Positions 37,329 through 38,806 of a stretch of DNA of 38,806 nt are shown piece by piece. Below the pieces are notes generated by a model that saw only the letters and a program-made list of their open reading frames with translations, was not told the origin of the DNA and did not search any database. This stretch comes from a virus: the IMG/VR virus record IMGVR_UViG_3300029578_000027; one strand, given 5' to 3'. The translations under genes and the position numbers were made by a program. Position 1 is the first letter of the stretch. Every line of letters begins with the position of its first letter.

Positions 37329-38806
37329 CTATAGTCTGATGGCCCCCATCAACGGGGCCGCCAGCGGAGCACCGGTGCCCAGCAGCGGTTCGATCGTCAT
37401 ACTGGCCACCAATGCCATAAAGGGGTCTGTCTTTCGGCTTTTTGCCTCGATTTTGGCGTAGATAAAGTTTCCGGTATCGACTCCCTGCTTCCGTGAGCTG
37501 CGGACCCGCTTGGTGTTATTCACGCCCCATCGAAGGTGCGGCTGGTCGCCCCAGTAAAACAGCTCCCGGTCAAAGCATTCTTGGATCACCGGCTCCACCT
37601 GCATAATGTCTGATGGCCGTACCAGCTTCACCCGGTTCTTGTCCGCAGCGTCAAAGCCGATGGCGCGCATACTTTCGGAAACCAGCGTCCACCGGTAGTG
37701 GTCCATTGCCAGCGCCTTGATGTTGTAGCATCTGGCAGCGTCCTGGATGTATGCCGCAATCAGATCAGGGCTGATGCTCACATCGTCCACCGCCGTCAGG
37801 TGTCCTTCCTTCGCCCACGTCTGCCACGGAGCCTTGATCCGCGGCAGGGTTTTGGATTGAAGGCAAATCCATGCGTGGTTGATGTCAAACCGGTCTGCAC
37901 CCCGCCGGAAATGGAGGTTGACTGCCGCCCAGTCGCTCAGCTCCGCATAGTCCAGCCCTACCGTGCAGGTCCAGCCACGCAGATCAGGCTGTGGCTTATT
38001 GGTCTTGAGGATCTTTTCATAGTCCGTCACGCTGATCTCTTGAAATCCAGCCCGCAAGCCCATTCGCTTTGTCAGAAAATCGCCGTTTTGCTCCGGGTGC
38101 TCCACCCAGTCCCGGTATTCGTCCGCCGTCTCCTGAAACAGATCCGGCAAATAAAACAGGGACGGGTTTGCCATGTACCAGTTTTCCGGGTCATGGACCT
38201 GCTCCCGGGTCTCCAGACAGCAGATGAAGGGAAGAAAGCCGTTGTCCGGCTCGTTTTCAAATAAGATCCGCCGTCCTCTGGCCAGATAGTCATCCAAAGG
38301 CCCGTCATTGATTTCGCCGTTGGAGGTAAAGATCCCCACGCGGGGCTGAGCCACCTTACCCTGACCGGTGATAAATACCTTGATGTTGTTGTAGTTTTCA
38401 AACTGGTGGACCTCGTTAAAGATCACCATGCCGGAGCGCATACCGTCCCGTCCCTTGGGGTTGTTGGTGCGCCCTTTGACTACGCCCCGGTTTTTCCGCC
38501 CCTGCACCAGCTCCTTTGTGTGGTAGTAAAACCGCTTCAGCTTTGCTTCGCTCTTGGGAAGTTCCAGCGTGTTCACCAAATCCAGCACCGGCGTCATGGC
38601 CTGCTCCTCGTTATTGGCGCAGATGTCTACGTTGTAGCTGCCCACCGGATTGTAGGGAGAGGTAGAGCACATAGAAACAAATGCGATAAATCCGTCCTTT
38701 CCCGCGCCACGGCCAACCATGGAAAACAGGGTCTTCCACCGAGGCCGTCCGTCAGCGGTGTAGGTGCACATCCAAAGCGCCGTCAGGAATTGCTCCCACA
38801 GGAAAA
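37329..38806 (-). CDS. terL: Terminase large subunit, main part (N-terminus wraps to 1-292)
   Basis: Tracked 480-aa ORF plus open frame to the window end. P-loop-like VGRGAGKDGF. Lies between terS and portal. The combined product is about 556 aa. Confidence 0.9.
   Translation of the reverse strand, partial: FLWEQFLTALWMCTYTADGRPRWKTLFSMVGRGAGKDGFIAFVSMCSTSPYNPVGSYNVDICANNEEQAMTPVLDLVNTLELPKSEAKLKRFYYHTKELVQGRKNRGVVKGRTNNPKGRDGMRSGMVIFNEVHQFENYNNIKVFITGQGKVAQPRVGIFTSNGEINDGPLDDYLARGRRILFENEPDNGFLPFICCLETREQVHDPENWYMANPSLFYLPDLFQETADEYRDWVEHPEQNGDFLTKRMGLRAGFQEISVTDYEKILKTNKPQPDLRGWTCTVGLDYAELSDWAAVNLHFRRGADRFDINHAWICLQSKTLPRIKAPWQTWAKEGHLTAVDDVSISPDLIAAYIQDAARCYNIKALAMDHYRWTLVSESMRAIGFDAADKNRVKLVRPSDIMQVEPVIQECFDRELFYWGDQPHLRWGVNNTKRVRSSRKQGVDTGNFIYAKIEAKSRKTDPFMALVASMTIEPLLGTGAPLAAPLMGAIRL
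38708..38806. repeat. Terminal direct repeat copy 2 (identical to 1-99)
   Basis: See copy 1. Confidence 0.95.

Larger units (their letters stand above)
1..38806. mobile_element. Complete temperate phage genome (siphovirus-like, HK97-type head genes), circularly closed contig with a 38707-bp unit
   Basis: Full set of packaging, head, tail, lysis, lysogeny and replication modules. Window ends are identical over 99 bp and terL reads through the junction in frame. Confidence 0.9.

Noticed and set aside
1-38806. CRISPR arrays, rRNA genes, or a diversity-generating retroelement near the fibre genes
   Set aside because: There are no regularly spaced short repeats with unique spacers and no rRNA-like segments. 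There is no reverse-transcriptase ORF and no template/variable nucleotide repeat pair around 24-27 kb. The Ig-like repeats are similar only at protein level.

Overview
The window is one complete, circularly closed genome of a temperate tailed phage. It has a siphovirus-like layout with an HK97-type head module, and its host is inferred to be a GC-rich, Clostridia-like Gram-positive. Bases 1-99 are identical to 38708-38806 and the junction lies inside the large-terminase reading frame, so the real unit is 38707 bp.

Most genes are on the minus strand. Reading from high to low coordinates and wrapping the window ends, the late arm runs: HNH endonuclease, a 630-bp non-coding cos-like region, terS, terL, portal, ClpP-like protease, major capsid, connectors, major tail, chaperone with a -1 frameshift, tape measure, tail tip and fibre genes, lysis cassette, an eight-gene cargo cassette of unknown function, then attP.

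A plus-strand lysogeny block (13.4-17.3 kb) carries CI-like and other XRE regulators, small membrane proteins, and a tyrosine integrase next to a tRNA 3-prime-end fragment.

The early minus-strand block (13.4 kb down to 1.7 kb) holds Cro-like and Xis-like genes, a replisome organiser with an internal ori-like repeat, a DnaB-like helicase, ParA and an unusual ParB, SSB, a Lar-like protein and an HUH Rep-like endonuclease.

Signals not explained by ordinary gene calls:
- A perfect 13-bp palindrome GTCCGAWTCGGAC occurs 8 times, spaced 4-7 kb apart around the circle, with degenerate copies in the cos-region tandem repeats.
- A type I toxin-antitoxin-like pair of overlapping transcripts with near-consensus promoters lies between the tail-fibre and lysis genes.
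- A 1.7-kb low-GC insertion carries a second tyrosine recombinase and is flanked by an 8-bp direct repeat.
- A 48-bp promoter/operator cassette is duplicated, each copy next to a tiny hydrophobic-peptide gene.
- The post-lysis cargo cassette is separately terminated and has phased upstream repeats.

No rRNA, complete tRNA, CRISPR array or reverse transcriptase was seen. All protein-family calls come from motif recognition by eye and need database confirmation.
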